From Eledone cirrhosa (lineage: Eukaryota), in NCBI GenBank assembly GCA_964016885.1, contig OZ024753.1, positions 38,130,001-38,194,000 of the forward strand: a stretch of DNA of 64,000 bases, written 5' to 3'. Of the stretch, positions 58,911 through 64,000 are shown one piece after another; position 1 is the first letter of the stretch, and each line of letters opens with the position of its first letter. The notes under the pieces were generated by a model that searched no databases, was not told the origin of the DNA, and saw only the letters and a program-made list of their open reading frames with translations. Both the position numbers and the translations under genes were made by a program.

Positions 58911-59448
58911 TAGTTTTATTTCATTTTTAAAAATGAGAAACTCTTGACAAAAGATTTACCATGAAATAAGCGTAGCAGTAAGAGGGATCATTTGTTTGGT
59001 AAAAACGCATGTAAAGCTTTGCTCTATTTCTGATTCCTATCAATAATGTCTAATACCCAAGTGTATCCAATATGGAGATTCACACTGCAGTAGTAACCAA
59101 GTCTTTTCACAAACTGACGGTTTAGATTATTAACGGAAACGAAACTATGAATTATGAAAAATTAACGAAAGTTAAAAAGAAAAAAGAAAAAAAACACCCC
59201 CTAAACACCTTGATCCACAAGAGTCCCGAACAGAACTAAACACTGTTTTAGTTTAAGGGAATAATGGATTTAAAGAATTATTGGTTCTTCTCTTCCCTAA
59301 AAAGAAACACGACGACAGAATCTCTTACTAAAGCTGACTGTTATTAGTTTATATACACACAAACACATAATATACACACATATATATATACACACACATA
59401 TATATGCAAATATATATGTACACACACATATATATATATATATATATA

Positions 59449-59537
<89 letters not shown>

Positions 59538-59563
59538 GCATATACATATATATGTATACATGC

Positions 59564-59595
<32 letters not shown>

Positions 59596-59758
59596 GCATA
59601 TATATATATATATGTATACATGCACACACACGGCACTTTCAGAGACGACGCGTTTATCAGATGAAGATCAATATATATATATATATACAGGTAAATAAAA
59701 TTACAGTTGATACATCAACATCTTTGTTGCTTCCGATTTATTCCAAAATAACATACTG

Positions 59759-59900
<142 letters not shown>

Positions 59901-61591
59901 TGTGTGTGTCTGTGTGTGTGCGTGTGTGTGTGTACCGGATTCAAATCGAAGAGAGATTGTAATATTACATTCGTAGTGAATGAATTAACAATATATTTTC
60001 TCTTGCTAAACATCTCACAAAGAAGTTTGAGAGAGAGAGAGAAAAAAAAGAAGAAGCGTTTAGAGAGAATGAAAATTAATTCAGTCTCACAGAATTCACA
60101 GCACTCACATAACATAAGCTAATAACTTTCTAAAAGGACTTGATAACCGTTGTAATTTCCTGATAACGCAAATATACTATTTTCATTTCGTTTTTTTTTT
60201 AAATTCTGTTTTTATTGATTTTATAGTTTAATTGTAAGTGTGTAAACTTTTATATATGTGGGTGTGTGACTCTAGTTTAATTCAATTTTCCTAAAATAAC
60301 TTGAATCATTCTATTCTGGGTAAATCATAAATAATTTCCTTTTCCCCTCAAACAGTTTATATTAATGCTTTCCCGATCGTTATTTAAGCAACCTTACTTG
60401 AAAAATTACGAATTCTTCGTAAATAAAATTTAATATTTTAAATGTTATAGGTCATAGAAATAGAAATTGATTTTAGGGTTTGAATGTTCATTAGTTTGTT
60501 TTTGTTTGGTTTTGTTTGTTTTTTAATGATAAGATCAAATAAAAGTTTTAAAAAATAATGAAAAAGATTGGAGCATGAAGGAAAAATTATTTAAAATGTT
60601 AAAATGTAAGAAACATTTCTGGCGTCAAGAACACATAAGAAGAAAACAGAAAAAATAACAAATGACATATAGAAGACATGTTTCAACAATGTTTATAAAA
60701 GATTGGGAATTTGAAGGGATAAACATTTCAGTTTGATTGGCAAATTGCGGTAGGACATAAAACGAAGGAAATACGTTAAGTAGAAGTGGTTCTGTTCAGG
60801 TATAGGAAAGAGTGTTCTTCGGAAATAAGACAAGATTTCTATAGCATTTGAATGAAAATTGAGAGGTTGTTCATTGTACTCAGAATTCCTTTGAAAATAC
60901 TGTCCAGTGTAAGAGAAGAAGTCATTTCCTGATTTCTTAATGACTGACCGTTTTTCATGCACATGCCTTGATAGGTTAAGTTCCCATCTATATTGACTAA
61001 TCGTTGAAATAAACTCGACTTGTCAGGTACTTTCCTTTTTCTCTTCTTGGAGCTACATACTTAATCATATTATCCGAATCCGAGCCATCAACTTTGAAGC
61101 CGAGCGTCTTTCTATCTCATATTCGTTTGTATTAAATACGATCTTAATTCACTTCCTAATTAATGATTTCCTGCATAAATTTGTGAGAAAATAGCACACC
61201 GTTGTGTAATGTAACCCACTTTTCCAAAGGGCTTTATAACGAGTGAGTAGCTATATTAATTAGTAGTTGTAAACAACGACCAGATACTTAACCGCGAAAA
61301 AAGAAAAAAAAGACGGCGAAATACTTGATATCTTGAAGATATCTCAGTTTGATCTCTGTGACATCTGGACACTACCCAAACCACAACTAAAAGCAAAATA
61401 CTAATGATTCTGTGAAGAGATAATTTTCCCCAAGAAGATTACACAGCAAATGAAGTAGTTAATTCAGGAATTGAATTTGTATTGCGGAATCAACTTGCTA
61501 GGAGTTCACTTCTCTTTGAAAAGAAAGTTAAATTGTATATAAATTAGAAAGTTACAAGAGATGTATGCGTGTGTGTATATATATATATATA

Positions 61592-61791
61592 TAGTAATAA
61601 TAATAAATGTGAAGACTAAGAGAAGGGGAATGAGAGAAATCCAAAGTATCGTCACCCTGTTTTCCTTCGGCTGCAACGTTTTTCGAAATATTTACTTCTG
61701 CGTTCATAGATTGATTTTTTTAGTTTCAGAAGATCACGTTAAGGGTGAAAGCAGCAGCGATTCTTTGCTTAAACTTTAATCTGTTATTTTA

Positions 61792-61793
<2 letters not shown>
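61592..61793 (+). mobile_element. Family E insertion
   Basis: Same left end (tagtaataataataaatgt) and right end (gttaagggtgaaagcagc...ctgttatt) as 17955-18190. Confidence 0.75.
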
Positions 61794-61822
<29 letters not shown>

Positions 61823-61877
61823 TGTATGTATGTATGTATGTATGTATGTATGTATGTATGTATGTATGTATGTTTAT

Positions 61878-62483
61878 GTCAGGTCACCAGTTGGTGCTAC
61901 TGATAAAATGTATCCCAGTACAACCTGTCTCATGGTCGGGTCGTTGGCGACTAAACTGGCAACCCCACCAAGGTTTCTTGGTGAGGAGGGTGACTTTGGA
62001 CATCCTGCAGGACTAAAAACAAAACCTGTCAAAGGGCAAAGGAGCTCTTAAGAGTCAATGGCCATCCAAAATAACCGGGAGAGATGACCCCTTAGCCTTT
62101 GTCAAGGCAGAATTCTAGGAGAAGGAAAACTCTGATATAACACCTGCAACCCTGATGGTATCCAATGATGTTGATTTGTTCTTCTTTTTGGTAAATATCA
62201 TCTTGGTTAAGAGAGTGGGACTGGCTTTGTGCAGTGCCTTTGCTCACTATAAAAGCTTCACAGCACAGGCATTGCTTTATATCTGGAGATCTCTCTGCAC
62301 TTGTCGTCACATGGTACCATGGGCCCAGCACTATGTGTCAATAATTGTCACAGGTGTAGTGTTTGTACCAGAGTTTTCAAGTCGCTGCACTAAAAAGTCA
62401 CACTCGTTCAGCGCACCGGTAGGGGTTCTCCTACATGTATATAAAGTAGTGGCCGTACTCGAAAACGAGTTGGCAGCCACCAT
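61878..62483 (+). mobile_element. Family R ~600-bp repeat, full copy
   Basis: gtcaggtcaccagttgg ... gagttggcagccaccat, embedded in (TATG)n. Confidence 0.88.
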
Positions 62484-62519
62484 ATATATGTATGTATGTA
62501 TATATATATGTATGTATGT

Positions 62520-62553
<34 letters not shown>

Positions 62554-62674
62554 GTATATATATGTATGTATGTATATATATGTATGTATGTATATATATG
62601 TATGTATGTATATATATGTATGTATGTATATATATGTATGTATGTATATATATGTATGTATGTATATATATATG

Positions 62675-62713
<39 letters not shown>

Positions 62714-62757
62714 GTATATATATATGTATGTATATATATATATGTATGTATATATAT

Positions 62758-63365
62758 GTCAGGTCACCAGTTGGTGCTATTGGTAACATGTATGCCAGTA
62801 CAACCTGACTCATGGTCGGGTCTTTGGCGACTAAACTGGCAACCCCACCAAGGTTTCTTGGTGAGGAGGGTGACTTTGGACATCCTGCAGGACTAAAAAC
62901 AAAACCTGTCAAAGGGCAAAGGAGCTCTTTAGAGTCAATGGCCATCCAAAATCACCGGGAGAGATGACCCCTTAGCCTTTGTCAAGGCAGAATTCTAGGA
63001 GAAGGAAAACTCTGATATAACATCTGCAACCCTGATGGTATCCAATGATGTTGACTTGTTCTTCTTTTTGGTAAATATCATCTTGGTTAAGAGAGTGGGA
63101 CTGGCTTTGTGCAGTGCCTTTGCTCACTATAAAAGCTTCACGGCACAGGCATTGCTTTATATCTGGAGATCTCTCTGCACTTGTCGTCACATGGTACCAT
63201 GGGCCCAGCACTATGTGTCAATAATTGTCACAGGTGTAGTGTTTGTACCAGAGTTTTCAAGTTGCTGGCTGGACTAAAATGTCACTCGTTCAGCGCATTG
63301 GTAGGAGTTCTCCTACATGGATATAAAGTAGTGGCCGTACTCGAAAACGAGTTGGCAGCCACCAT
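62758..63365 (+). mobile_element. Family R ~600-bp repeat, full copy
   Basis: Second tandem copy with independent substitutions; (TATG)n tail. Confidence 0.88.
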
Positions 63366-63439
63366 GTATGTATGTATGTATGTATGTATGTATGTATGTA
63401 TGTATGTATGTATGTATGTATGTATGTGTGTGTGTGTGT

Positions 63440-63536
<97 letters not shown>

Positions 63537-63590
63537 CGCGTGTGTGTGTACCGGATTCAAATCGAAGAGAGATTGTAATATTACATTCGT

Positions 63591-63844
63591 AAATGCAGCA
63601 ACTTCTACGTAGGTAGCACCACTAGACCACCCACATAAGAATAAAAGAACACCTCAATACTAACGCTTCCTCATTTAAGAAACACCTGGTAAAATGCAAA
63701 AACACCGACAAAACCATAACAGTTAGGATAGAAACTATGGAAAGAAACTTCGGCAATCTTAGAATTAAGGAAGCACTAATTATAGACAAAACACAACCAC
63801 CAATCAAGAATAGACTAGAACTCAACACCCAATTTATGACTTGA
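63591..63844 (+). pseudogene. GIY-YIG endonuclease fragment of a second (Penelope/Poseidon-like) PLE type
   Basis: KCSNFYVGSTTRP [fs] HIRIKEHL..SSFKKHL..C...LRIKEALII....PPIKNRLEL. Confidence 0.8.
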
Positions 63845-63882
63845 TAGAGCATCTAGCCCCGTATATACCCCCCCCCCCCACG

Positions 63883-63951
<69 letters not shown>

Positions 63952-64000
63952 GCGCGCGCTTATACCTCCACTTATTCTCTCTCACAAACACACATACACA

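Noticed and set aside
61878-61970. HDV-like ribozyme at the 5' end of family R
   Set aside because: CTAA and CCAGT/ACTGG pairing are present, but a consistent P1/P3/P1.1 double pseudoknot could not be built across copies

Overview
AT-rich, microsatellite-saturated eukaryotic DNA with no prokaryotic-style genes. The repeat content suggests a cephalopod (octopus-like) intronic or intergenic region, which is an inference. Nearly all listed ORFs are translations of simple repeats. The one substantial coding region (54079-55335) is a 5'-truncated Penelope-like element (PLE) ORF encoding the RT C-terminal half, a Cys-rich linker and a GIY-YIG endonuclease. It lies in a 4.8-kb insertion with ~1.8-kb inverted arms. 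Other contents: decayed PLE and RTE-LINE fragments, more than 20 tRNA-derived SINE copies (several with TSDs), a ~600-bp (TATG)n-associated repeat family, small Tc1/mariner MITEs and minisatellites. The main signal is about 21 type-I hammerhead ribozyme (HHR) motifs read by eye, from more than 10 unrelated repeat families, mostly at element ends abutting (TA)n. Several have non-canonical cores (U3-A8 in two families, C4 in one) or very long stem II, and most have palindromic helix III. Several sit in fold-back insertions with an HHR on each strand, and one sits in a ~591-nt retrozyme-like repeat unit. All folds are manual predictions and none has been tested.
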